Under the pieces are notes generated by a model that made no database searches, was not told the DNA's origin, and saw only the letters and a program-made list of their open reading frames with translations. Made by a program: the position numbers and the translations under genes. From the NCBI RefSeq assembly GCF_001945605.1, contig NZ_MPKA01000067.1, positions 89,519-121,518 on the forward strand: DNA of 32,000 bases, written 5' to 3'. Below are positions 8,904 to 17,288 of this stretch, one piece after another. Numbering within the stretch: the first letter of the stretch is position 1; each line of letters starts with the position of its first letter. The DNA is from Dubosiella newyorkensis (GTDB taxonomy: Bacteria > Bacillota_I > Bacilli_A > Erysipelotrichales > Erysipelotrichaceae).

Positions 8904-9269
8904 TTACTTCTCCTTTCCGTCCCATACTGGAATATGGGTGTCTTCGATCCAATCGGCTTTAGATTCGATCGTTTCCTTTTTGATTTGTACGCCTCCTGCC
9001 TCATTCACAAGCAAGACTTGAAGAACGCGGTTATCATCGATCGGGATCGTCACGCTCTCTTGAAAAGGCTCTTCCCCTCTCTCCATCCTCAAGCGTTTGA
9101 TTTCTAGCTCGCTGATCGCTTCATGATACGCTTTAGAGGAGGCGATCGCTTGATCCACACGGGTATCTTGCATCTTGGCCGAATACAGCCCGAGCGTTCC
9201 AAAACAAATGAGCGCGAGCACTAAGGCGATCAGCACAAAAGACGCCGTTCCAATTCCTTTATTTCGCAT
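8904..9269 (-). CDS. Small N-terminally anchored pilin-like protein (ComGG/PilX-like architecture), 121 aa
   Basis: N-terminus is MRNKG-IGTASFVLIALVLALICFG: a basic leader ending in Gly, then a hydrophobic helix, with no Glu at +5. AAGGAG lies 6 nt upstream of the ATG at 9267-9269. It overlaps the upstream gene by 11 nt. Confidence 0.6.
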   Translation of the reverse strand: MRNKGIGTASFVLIALVLALICFGTLGLYSAKMQDTRVDQAIASSKAYHEAISELEIKRLRMERGEEPFQESVTIPIDDNRVLQVLLVNEAGGVQIKKETIESKADWIEDTHIPVWDGKEK

Positions 9270-9636
9270 CGCCATCTCCTTGTCCTTTGACCTTGCTTTC
9301 AAGATGGATCAATTCTTGATCTTGAAAAGACAATCTCAGATCGATCGTATGCAGGCCCTCTTCGTAAGAAGTCTTCTTTTCGAGAACATACTTTCCGTCT
9401 TCATCTTCTTCCATATAGGCGTCCATCCGGACCTGAAAATCTCGCCCTTCTTGTGGGTCGATCCGATACGCTTCGATCAGCTCCCCCATATAGATCTGGC
9501 CATAGCTTTTCGCTTGGGCCCTCTCATGGATCAAAAAGGTCTTGGCGTAGAGCTGGACGATCACCACCGAAGCGAGCGCAAAAAAGAAAAGAATGATGAT
9601 CATTTCCATAAAGCTCGCGTTCCGATTTTTTTTCAC
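9259..9636 (-). CDS. Small pilin-like protein with a degenerate prepilin signal, 125 aa
   Basis: GTG start with AAGGAG 7 nt upstream. N-terminus is KKNRNASFMEMIIILFFFALASVVIV, which resembles the KGFTLIEMLIVL class III signal, but Gly-1 is replaced and the Glu position is shifted. Confidence 0.6.
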   Translation of the reverse strand: MKKNRNASFMEMIIILFFFALASVVIVQLYAKTFLIHERAQAKSYGQIYMGELIEAYRIDPQEGRDFQVRMDAYMEEDEDGKYVLEKKTSYEEGLHTIDLRLSFQDQELIHLESKVKGQGDGDAK

Positions 9637-9640
9637 GATC

Positions 9641-10072
9641 TCACTCCTTTCTTTGATGGACTAAGCGTTGTTCTTTCCCTTCTCGATTTCTTAAAATGAT
9701 CTCGAACCGGCCATTTTCTTCTTCCACGATAAAACCAGGAAGCGATACGATCTTTTCTTGCGGTTTTTTTTCAAATGGCAGCTCGGAAAGAGCGCTCCAT
9801 TCGTAGAGCGTTCCATCGATCTCGTAGATATACGTCGAATATCCATCGTATTGAAGGCAGAGCGCTCCATTTTCGATCTGAATATCCTCGTATCCGTTCC
9901 GCAATTTATTTTGAATATATAAATAGGCGGTCCGCAGGTTGTTGGACGCCTCGTCTTGCGAGGTGATCGTTCCATACACACGTGTACCTAGAAGGACAAG
10001 GATCAGCGAGAACAAGACGAACAAGCCATAAAGCGTAAAGATGAAAAAATCTTGCCAGCTTCTCTTCTTCAT
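9641..10072 (-). CDS. Small N-terminally anchored minor-pseudopilin-like protein (ComGF/GspJ-like architecture), 143 aa
   Basis: ATG at 10070-10072 with GGAGG 9 nt upstream, 2 nt after the preceding TGA. A single TM helix (FFIFTLYGLFVLFSLILVLL) is followed by a beta-rich domain. Confidence 0.6.
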   Translation of the reverse strand: MKKRSWQDFFIFTLYGLFVLFSLILVLLGTRVYGTITSQDEASNNLRTAYLYIQNKLRNGYEDIQIENGALCLQYDGYSTYIYEIDGTLYEWSALSELPFEKKPQEKIVSLPGFIVEEENGRFEIILRNREGKEQRLVHQRKE

Positions 10073-10074
10073 CT

Positions 10075-10368
10075 TCAATTTCCTCCTCGCTCGATCACGA
10101 TGATCCGCGGCCGCAAGTTTTCTGCGAGCACTTCGTAGCGAACGATATATCGCTCTGCATCATAATGGATCGACTCGTCGCTAAGCAGCTCCTGCAAGCT
10201 AGCCGGATAGCGGCCCTCTAAAGCGTATTGGTTGACGATCGCTTCCTCCAAGCTTTCTTGAAGCAGCTTGGTCGATTCGCTGCTAGTCTTTGCGCTGATC
10301 AAGCCGATCGCGAAAATAGCGATCGCGATGATCGAGAAAAGCGCGAGCCCTAAACGAAATTTACGCAT
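10075..10368 (-). CDS. Small pilin-like protein, candidate major subunit, 97 aa
   Basis: N-terminus is MRKFRLG-LALFSIIAIAIFAIGLISA. It is followed by EAIVNQYALEGRYPASLQELL, which is very similar to the conserved GspG/type IV pilin segment (helix, then x-Y-x-x-x-G-x-YP-x-x-L-x-x-L). GGAG RBS is present. Confidence 0.65.
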   Translation of the reverse strand: MRKFRLGLALFSIIAIAIFAIGLISAKTSSESTKLLQESLEEAIVNQYALEGRYPASLQELLSDESIHYDAERYIVRYEVLAENLRPRIIVIERGGN

Positions 10369-10377
10369 ACCTCGCTC

Positions 10378-11424
10378 CTAGCCCATCGAAAGCATGAGCG
10401 AGATCAGCGGCAGCATCGTCGAAAGAAGGATGCCGCCAACGATCAGTGTCAGCAGCGCCACGATTGTTGGCTCGACGATCGATACGATATGCTCGATCCC
10501 TTCATCGACTCGCTTTTCATACAAATCGGAAAGCTCCATAAAGACTTGGTCGACTTGGCCTGTTTCGTTGCCGACTTCGATCATTTTTTCTTGAAGGGGA
10601 GCGAAAAGATGGGAGGCTTCGATCGCTTGATCGAAATCATTGGTTTTCAAAAATGTCTCATAGCACGTTTTCGCTTGTTTTTGAGAGCTTGCTGTCGGCA
10701 TAAAGCGCGGCAGAAGCTCGATCGTCTCCTCTAAGGAGTATCCGCTTCTTAGCGCCATCGACACGACTTGTGAAAAACGCTGAGCGGCTTGGGCTTCAAA
10801 GATATGGTGCAATGGCGGAATAAAGCGCGCCGCCTTGAGCAAGATCTCTTTACCTTGATGGCGTTTATATAAAATATAAAGGAGGATGGCCGCGATTCCG
10901 ATCAATGCTGTCAAGACAAGGATGGCGTAGCCGATCCCGATCCCGATATTCAAGATCGGCGTTTCTTCTTGGGAAATCCCTAGGTTTTCATAGACGCGGA
11001 TAAAGACTGGGATCACCTGGATGACCATCACGCCAATGACGATCGCCATCATGAATAAAAGAATGAGCGGATAGGTCAAAGCGGAGCGAAGCGTTTCTTT
11101 CAAGCGGGCTTCTTTTTTATAGTATTCGGAAAGAAGATGAAGGACGCTTTCTAAATTGCCTGTCAGTTCGGCGATCTTGATCATTTGCAGAAAATAAGCG
11201 GGGAAAGCGTTTGTTTCTTTGAACGCTTCATACATCGTTTTTCCTTGCTTGATGTAGGTGTTGATCGTTTCTAACAGGGCCCCGTATTCGCTTTGACGAT
11301 ACGAGGAAGCGAGAATATCGATCCCATCGTAAAAGAGGATCCCCGATCGTAAGATCATCGAGCATTGGGAACATAAAATAGCGAGTTGTTCGGCGCTCAT
11401 CGTGTATTTTGATTTTGTTGGCAT
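10378..11424 (-). CDS. Type II secretion system F family (PilC/GspF/ComGB-like) inner-membrane platform protein
   Basis: Two T2SSF repeats (e.g. LTYPLILLFMMAIVIGVMVIQVIPVF and EPTIVALLTLIVGGILLSTMLPL). ATG at 11422-11424 with AGGAGG 8 nt upstream. The track's TTG at 11430 is too close to the RBS. Confidence 0.9.
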   Translation of the reverse strand: MPTKSKYTMSAEQLAILCSQCSMILRSGILFYDGIDILASSYRQSEYGALLETINTYIKQGKTMYEAFKETNAFPAYFLQMIKIAELTGNLESVLHLLSEYYKKEARLKETLRSALTYPLILLFMMAIVIGVMVIQVIPVFIRVYENLGISQEETPILNIGIGIGYAILVLTALIGIAAILLYILYKRHQGKEILLKAARFIPPLHHIFEAQAAQRFSQVVSMALRSGYSLEETIELLPRFMPTASSQKQAKTCYETFLKTNDFDQAIEASHLFAPLQEKMIEVGNETGQVDQVFMELSDLYEKRVDEGIEHIVSIVEPTIVALLTLIVGGILLSTMLPLISLMLSMG

Positions 11425-11426
11425 GC

Positions 11427-12287
11427 TCAATACCTCCTGTCTTCTATATAGTCTTCGGTTTTGTTTTTATTGTTTTTGCCATAGGTCGGATCGTACCATG
11501 TCCATTCGCCATCGATCTCGACTTGGTTCCAGGCATGATAGATCCCTTCGCTGGATAGATCCCCCATCACAAGGCGGGTCGGGATATTTTGGGCGCGCAG
11601 CATCGCGGCCATAAGGGCGGCATAGTCGAAGCAGATCCCTTTTTTTTCTTGAAGCACTTGTTCAAGATTGGGGATATAGCCCGCCTGGACATTGGCGGCC
11701 TTTTCGTTGTCGTAATCCATGTATTGGATGAGGTAGTTATAGATGGCGTCGATCTTTTCTTGATCGCCCTCGAGTCCATCGCACAGATCGTACGACAATA
11801 AAATGGCGGGATATTCGTGGGTATACCACACGAATTGATTGGGAAAGACAAAAACGCGGTCCTCCTGTTTTTGTTGAACAGATAGATCTTCCGAATAGAT
11901 CTGGGCGTATTTGTTGTCTTGTATATTTTGATAAAACGTGATCGAATATTCACCATTTCCCATCTGCAGTGGGAAAACGCTGTATTCCATATTGGAAGGG
12001 AGAGTATAGGTGTATTGGTCGGTGCCAAGCTGGATGCGGCATTTCAGCTTCGCATCAAAAGGCTGGAGCGTCCGGACCATGACATAGCCATCGCTCGTGT
12101 TGGAGGCGTCGATCTCGATCTGGCCATTCGATAAGACGACTTCGTTCGAAGAAGAAGGCTCGTTGATCGTGATCTCGCCTTTGTAGATCGAACCCGGCTC
12201 GATTTCTTGAAATTTTGTAGACTGAGAGGAGCAAGCGCTAAAAAAAAGACAAAAAAGCGCGAGGATCCATCGATATACACGCCACAT
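11427..12287 (-). CDS. Transglutaminase-like cysteine protease-fold lipoprotein
   Basis: Lipobox is LFFSAC after a signal peptide. A Cys-His-Asp triad is present in KKGICFDYAALMAAMLRAQNIPTRLV, YHAWNQV and WYDPT. Confidence 0.85.
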   Translation of the reverse strand: MWRVYRWILALFCLFFSACSSQSTKFQEIEPGSIYKGEITINEPSSSNEVVLSNGQIEIDASNTSDGYVMVRTLQPFDAKLKCRIQLGTDQYTYTLPSNMEYSVFPLQMGNGEYSITFYQNIQDNKYAQIYSEDLSVQQKQEDRVFVFPNQFVWYTHEYPAILLSYDLCDGLEGDQEKIDAIYNYLIQYMDYDNEKAANVQAGYIPNLEQVLQEKKGICFDYAALMAAMLRAQNIPTRLVMGDLSSEGIYHAWNQVEIDGEWTWYDPTYGKNNKNKTEDYIEDRRY

Positions 12288-12316
12288 TTGCCTTTCCCCC
12301 CTTTCTTATTTTAGAA

Positions 12317-12345
12317 AATATAACATATTTCACCCTTTTTAGCAA
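12317..12345 (-). promoter_or_regulatory. Sigma-A-type promoter of the filament/signalling operon
   Basis: The minus strand reads TTGCTA, a 17 nt spacer, then TGTTATATT (extended -10), about 30 nt upstream of the transglutaminase ATG. It is the only good promoter match in the 147 nt intergenic region. Confidence 0.6.
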
Positions 12346-12402
12346 ACGTCCTATGCACCTGACTTGAAAATCCAAAATTTATGTGATTTTATGAATTTTT
12401 AC

Positions 12403-12438
12403 CAAAAAAAATAGAAGATGAACTCTTTCATCTTCTAT
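12403..12438 (-). terminator. Intrinsic terminator of the uvrA-hprK-trxB unit
   Basis: Perfect 12 bp stem ATAGAAGATGAA/TTCATCTTCTAT with a 4 nt loop, followed on the minus strand by T8. It overlaps the trxB stop. Confidence 0.85.
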
Positions 12439-13343
12439 TCACGAACTCTTCGAAAAGCCATTTGGCCAACTAAGGCGCCTTCGCCTGTCGCGGTCACGAC
12501 TTGTCTGAGCTGCTTGTCGACAATATCCCCTGCCGCGTACAAGTTTTTCACGCTCGTTTCCATGTCGCGGTCGACCATCACGTAGCCATGCTCATTGGTT
12601 ACACCTAGATCTTTGACGGCTTCGCTTAAAGGATCGGAGCCGATATAAGGGAAGATCCCCGCGCATTCGATCGTTTTTTCTTCGCCTGTCTTCACGTTTT
12701 TGATCACGATGCCTTTGACGATCTCATCAAAGAGCACTTTTACTGGCACGTGCTCGCGGATGATCTCGATCTTGTCGTTGTGCTCTACATCGTATTGAAG
12801 CTTGGATTCGGCCCGGAATTGATCGCGCCGGATGACGATATAGATCTTATTGACGAACTGCGTCAAATAAATCGATTCCTCAAGCGCGGAGTTTCCGCCC
12901 CCGATCACGACGACATCTCTTCCTCGAAAGAAGGCGCCATCGCAAACAGCGCAATACGAAACGCCTTTCCCGATGCCTTCCTGTTCGCCAGGAATGTTCA
13001 TCATCCGCTCTTTCGTTCCGGTCGCGAAAAGGACAGCTTTAGCTTTGATCGTATTTCCATCTTTTAAATGGATCGTTTTGTCTTCATCGACCTTTTCGAC
13101 TTCTCCAGCCACATAGTCGGCGCCAAAAGCGAGCGCTTGATCGAACATCGTCATCGCCAGCTCCGCGCCTCCCATTTCTTTGATGCCTGGATAATTTTCG
13201 ATATGATACGTTTTTAACAGCTTTCCGCCTGGAGCGCCCGCTTCGATGATGCATGTATCGAGTCCGGCACGAGAGGCGTACAAGGCCGCGCTCATGCCTG
13301 CAGGTCCAGCGCCCACGATCACAAATTCATATTCTTTTTTCAT
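12435..13343 (-). CDS. trxB: Thioredoxin-disulfide reductase
   Basis: FAD motif is VGAGPAGMSAA, the redox-active motif is CAVCDG, and the NADPH motif is VIGGGNSALEE. I chose the start at ATG 13341-13343 (AGGAGG upstream). The track's 28 aa basic extension would overlap hprK. Confidence 0.92.
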   Translation of the reverse strand: MKKEYEFVIVGAGPAGMSAALYASRAGLDTCIIEAGAPGGKLLKTYHIENYPGIKEMGGAELAMTMFDQALAFGADYVAGEVEKVDEDKTIHLKDGNTIKAKAVLFATGTKERMMNIPGEQEGIGKGVSYCAVCDGAFFRGRDVVVIGGGNSALEESIYLTQFVNKIYIVIRRDQFRAESKLQYDVEHNDKIEIIREHVPVKVLFDEIVKGIVIKNVKTGEEKTIECAGIFPYIGSDPLSEAVKDLGVTNEHGYVMVDRDMETSVKNLYAAGDIVDKQLRQVVTATGEGALVGQMAFRRVRE

Positions 13344-13368
13344 CGATCCTTCCTCCTTGATCGTTGAT

Positions 13369-14316
13369 CTACGCTTCCTCTTCTTCGTCGCGGTTTTTCG
13401 CGATCTCCTTGAGGACGCGTTCTTCAAATTCTTTTGCTGAATCGGTACCTTGGATCAGCAATAAATAATTCATCACAGCCGTTTCAATGATGGTGGCCAT
13501 TGGCCGCCCCGCGCTGACAGGGATCCGCATTTCTAAGATCTTGATTCCAAGGATCTCTTGATACGTTTTTTCTTCGATGCCTACCCGGTCATAATCGCTT
13601 GTGCTTCTAAACGATTCGAGCGTGATCATCAGATCGATATTGGTCTGTTTCGTGATCGAGGCGATCCCATACATTTTTTCAACATCGATGATACCGACTC
13701 CTCTAAGTTCCATGAACCCTTCGATCATCGGCGTTGGCCGGCCGATCAGCTGATTATGGATCCGGAAGCAGTCGACCCGATCATCCGCGACAAGCTGATG
13801 GCCGCGCTGGATGAGCTCTAGAACGATTTCGGATTTTCCCATCCCGCTTTTTCCGGTGATCAATACCCCCACGCCATGAACCCGCACGAGTTCGCCATGA
13901 AGGATCATCGACTTGGCGAGTCTTTCATCAAGATAATTCGTTATGTTGACGATCACGTGCGACGTTTTTTCCTCCGAGCTGAAAACGGGAAAGTTTTTAC
14001 GGTTCGCGATCTCTTTGAGCACTTCTGGACAAGCGTTGCCATTGGTGATCAAGATCGCTGGCGTTTTTGGCCCTGTCAAATATTCAAAGGCGCGTCGCTG
14101 CGAGATCTCGTCCATTTCGGAGTGGATATATCCGATCTCCTTGTCGCCAAGGACCACAAGACGTTTGACTTGGGTGCCTGGGAAATAGCCGGCGAGCTCC
14201 AAGCCCGGACGGTTCGTATCGACTTGGGTGAGCGGTCGCTGCAAAGCTTGGGCGTTTCCTGTGATGACGTTCCACATAAATTTTTCTACGATGTCTTTGA
14301 CAACGACTTTGCTCAT
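13369..14316 (-). CDS. hprK: HPr kinase/phosphorylase
   Basis: P-loop is GVLITGKSGMGKSE, with downstream LVADDRV and ELRGVGII motifs. At 315 aa it is the typical size. Confidence 0.92.
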   Translation of the reverse strand: MSKVVVKDIVEKFMWNVITGNAQALQRPLTQVDTNRPGLELAGYFPGTQVKRLVVLGDKEIGYIHSEMDEISQRRAFEYLTGPKTPAILITNGNACPEVLKEIANRKNFPVFSSEEKTSHVIVNITNYLDERLAKSMILHGELVRVHGVGVLITGKSGMGKSEIVLELIQRGHQLVADDRVDCFRIHNQLIGRPTPMIEGFMELRGVGIIDVEKMYGIASITKQTNIDLMITLESFRSTSDYDRVGIEEKTYQEILGIKILEMRIPVSAGRPMATIIETAVMNYLLLIQGTDSAKEFEERVLKEIAKNRDEEEEA

Positions 14317-14322
14317 AATGTT

Positions 14323-17142
14323 CTACTCCTGTTCTAATAGTGGTTTTAAATATTGGCCTGTGTAGCTTTCTTTGACTTGAACGATTTCTTCTGGAGTGCC
14401 TGTGGCGACGACTTGTCCGCCATCGACTCCGCCTTCTGGACCAATATCAATGATATAGTCGGCGTTTTTGATCACATCGAGATTGTGTTCGATCACGACA
14501 ACTGTATCTCCATTATCTACTAGGCGCTGTAAAACCTCAATGAGTTTTTTGACATCATTCGAATGAAGCCCGGTCGTCGGCTCATCGAGAACGAACAGCG
14601 TCTTGCCCGTGGCTTTTTTCTGCAGCTCGCTGGCGAGCTTGACGCGCTGGGCTTCGCCTCCCGATAAAGTGGTGGCGCTTTGTCCTAGCTTGATATAAGA
14701 GAGTCCGACATCTTTGAGTGTTTGAAGCTTGTGACGAATTTTTGAAATATTCGAGAAGAATTCAGTCGCTTCTTCCACTGTCATTTCTAACACGTCGGCG
14801 ATCGTTTTGTCTTTGTATTTGACTTGAAGCGTTTCTTCGTTATAACGCTTTCCGTGGCATACATCGCAAGGCACATATACGTCAGGCAAGAAATGCATCG
14901 AGATCTTTTTGATCCCATCTCCTTGGCACGCTTCGCATCGCCCCCCTTTGACATTGAAAGAAAAGCGGCCTTTTTCATATCCTAGCAGCTTGGCTTCTTT
15001 CGTTTGGGCGAATAAGTCGCGGATATCGTCGAACACACCCGTATAGGTGGCTGGATTGGAGCGAGGGGTCCGCCCGATCGGATCTTGGGAAATCTCGACG
15101 AGCTTGTCGATCTGTTCCATGCCTTCGATCTTTTTGCAGGCGCCTGGCTTGATGCGCACACGGCCCAATGAATGCTGGATGCCGTGGGTGAGCACCTCGG
15201 TGACGAGCGATGATTTTCCTGAGCCCGAAACGCCGGTCACGACAGTCAGCGTGCCTAATGGAAAGTCGACGCTCACATTTTTGAGGTTGTTCTGCGTCGC
15301 CTTGATCACACGCACCTTTTGGCCATTGCCTTTCCGGCGACTCGTTGGCACTTGGATCTTTTTGCGACCGGACAAATAGTCGCCTGTGATCGAATTAGGA
15401 TTGGCCATGACTTCTTCTGGGGTCCCAGCGGCCACGATTTCTCCACCATGCACGCCGGCGCCAGGTCCGACATCCACGATATAGTCGCTCGCGCGCATCG
15501 TGTCTTCATCGTGTTCGACTACGATAAGCGTATTGCCTAGATCGCGCATATCTTTGAGCGTATGGATGAGTTTGTCATTATCCCGCTGATGGAGTCCGAT
15601 GCTTGGCTCGTCCAAGACATACATGACGCCTGTCAGCTTGGAGCCGATCTGGGTCGCAAGACGGATCCGCTGCAGCTCGCCGCCAGATAGGGTGCCAGAG
15701 AGCCGATCCAAGCTCAAATAGGTCAAGCCGACATTGGATAAAAATTCAAGGCGCGACTTGATTTCTTTGATAATGAGCGCGGAGATCTTTTGCTGGGAAG
15801 GATCGAGCTGCAGATCGTTCATGAATCGAAGGGCGTCCTTGACTGACATTTGGGTCCATTCATAAATATTTTTTCCGCCCACTTTGACGGCGAGCACTTT
15901 GGGATTCAAGCGAGCTCCATGACACGTTTGACATTCTGTCTCGCCAATGAAGGAGCCATACCATTCGCGGTTCCAGCTCGAATTGGTTTCAAGAAAGCGG
16001 CGTTCGATCATAGGCACGACGCCTTCGATATAATCGTATTTTTCGGAATTGGTTCCCGATCTTGAATAGAGCGTATAGCGGATCTTTTCGTGGGAGCCAT
16101 ACAAAACATAGTTGAGCTTCTTTTTCGGGATCTTATTGATCGGTGTATCGACAGAAATATCGTAATGGTCCAAAAGCGCCTTCATGCGCTGCCATTCGAG
16201 ATTTTCCGTATTTACGATATTTTTATAATAGTGGATCCCCCCTTGGGCGATCGAAAGGCTTCGGTCAGGGATCAAGAGGTCGAGATCGACTTTTTGTTCG
16301 ATACCAAGACCTTTGCATGTCGGACAAGCGCCTAATGGCGCATTGAAGGAAAACAGCTTTGGTTCGAGTTTTGGAACGGTGAAGCCGCAGATCTTGCACG
16401 CGTAGTTGCTCGACAGCAAGATCTCTTCATCGCCCGCTAAGACACTCACCATCCCTTCGCCTAGATTGGCGGCGGTTTCTAAAGAATCATAGAAGCGGGA
16501 GCGGTTGTCGCTTTTGACGATCCGGTCGATGACGATATCGATATCGTGCTTCTTGTTTTTTTCTAATGGCTCCATTTCTTCGATCATGACGATCTGTCCA
16601 TCGATCCTGGCGCGGATATAGCCTTCCTTGATCATTTTATCGAGCACATCTTTGAAGGTTCCTTTTTTGCCCCGCACAAGAGGAGCCATGATCGTGCAGC
16701 GCGTCCGGTCAGGAAGGATCATCATTTGATCGACCATTTCGCTGATCGTGCTGCCGCTGATCGGTTCTCCATGCTCTGGACAATAAGGCACGCCGATCCG
16801 AGCGTAAAGCAAGCGCAAATAGTCGTAGATCTCGGTCACGGTCCCGACTGTGGAGCGCGGGTTGTTGGAGGTCGTTTTTTGATCGATGGCGATCGCAGGA
16901 GAAAGTCCATCGATTTGATCGACGTCTGGCTTTTCGCTGTTGCCTAAAAATTGACGGGCATACGCGGAAAGCGATTCCATATAGCGTCTTTGTCCTTCGG
17001 CATAGATCGTATCGAAGGCGAGGGACGTTTTTCCAGATCCCGAGACACCCGTCATGATGACAAGCTGGTCGCGCGGGATCTTTAAATCGATATTTTTTAA
17101 ATTATTTTCACGAGCCCCTTTAATCGTTATATATTGATCCAT
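14323..17142 (-). CDS. uvrA: Excinuclease ABC subunit A
   Basis: Two ABC ATPase modules ([12 protein letters not shown] and [11 protein letters not shown]; LSGGE signatures) and zinc-finger Cys clusters (CKICGF...[14 protein letters not shown]...CDVCHG). The start at ATG 17140-17142 has AGGAGG upstream. Confidence 0.95.
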   Translation of the reverse strand: MDQYITIKGARENNLKNIDLKIPRDQLVIMTGVSGSGKTSLAFDTIYAEGQRRYMESLSAYARQFLGNSEKPDVDQIDGLSPAIAIDQKTTSNNPRSTVGTVTEIYDYLRLLYARIGVPYCPEHGEPISGSTISEMVDQMMILPDRTRCTIMAPLVRGKKGTFKDVLDKMIKEGYIRARIDGQIVMIEEMEPLEKNKKHDIDIVIDRIVKSDNRSRFYDSLETAANLGEGMVSVLAGDEEILLSSNYACKICGFTVPKLEPKLFSFNAPLGACPTCKGLGIEQKVDLDLLIPDRSLSIAQGGIHYYKNIVNTENLEWQRMKALLDHYDISVDTPINKIPKKKLNYVLYGSHEKIRYTLYSRSGTNSEKYDYIEGVVPMIERRFLETNSSWNREWYGSFIGETECQTCHGARLNPKVLAVKVGGKNIYEWTQMSVKDALRFMNDLQLDPSQQKISALIIKEIKSRLEFLSNVGLTYLSLDRLSGTLSGGELQRIRLATQIGSKLTGVMYVLDEPSIGLHQRDNDKLIHTLKDMRDLGNTLIVVEHDEDTMRASDYIVDVGPGAGVHGGEIVAAGTPEEVMANPNSITGDYLSGRKKIQVPTSRRKGNGQKVRVIKATQNNLKNVSVDFPLGTLTVVTGVSGSGKSSLVTEVLTHGIQHSLGRVRIKPGACKKIEGMEQIDKLVEISQDPIGRTPRSNPATYTGVFDDIRDLFAQTKEAKLLGYEKGRFSFNVKGGRCEACQGDGIKKISMHFLPDVYVPCDVCHGKRYNEETLQVKYKDKTIADVLEMTVEEATEFFSNISKIRHKLQTLKDVGLSYIKLGQSATTLSGGEAQRVKLASELQKKATGKTLFVLDEPTTGLHSNDVKKLIEVLQRLVDNGDTVVVIEHNLDVIKNADYIIDIGPEGGVDGGQVVATGTPEEIVQVKESYTGQYLKPLLEQE

Positions 17143-17251
17143 TTCAAGTCCTCCTTTATCCATATTTTCTGTATTCTCGTTATGATTATACAGATTTTCG
17201 CTTAGTTTGTCTCTTTCTTATTATACTTGTTTTTCACTTTTTTGACGCATG

Positions 17252-17287
17252 AAAAGCGTGGTCCAAATTGGAGCCACGCTTTTTTTA
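17252..17287 (-). terminator. Intrinsic terminator immediately after the giant surface-protein gene
   Basis: Stem AAAAGCGTGG/CCACGCTTTT with an inner TCCA/TGGA pairing, A/T runs on both sides, and a start 2 nt after the TAA stop. Confidence 0.75.
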
Positions 17288-17288
17288 A

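Noticed and set aside
9691-9981. Alternative-frame minus-strand ORFs inside operon genes (96 aa at 9691-9981, 153 aa at 11567-12028, 72 aa at 8786-9004, 101 aa at 4545-4850)
   Set aside because: Each is nested in a different frame of a gene with clear family motifs or coupling signals. They have no RBS, and their compositions are typical of out-of-frame translation.
13344-13427. 28 aa basic N-terminal extension of the trxB ORF (MKNASSRRSRKTATKKRKRR...)
   Set aside because: It would overlap the 3' end of hprK by 59 nt and has no RBS. The internal ATG at 13343 has AGGAGG upstream, and the protein then begins just before the conserved GAGPAG FAD motif. Similar over-long track ORFs were trimmed for uvrA, pilT, both HADs, PilC, the signal peptidase and the MFS gene.
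17143-17251. SOS (Cheo/LexA) box or strong promoter upstream of uvrA
   Set aside because: No GAAC-N4-GTTC-like palindrome is visible. Two TATAAT hexamers exist on the minus strand, but their -35 regions are poor, so I did not report a promoter feature.
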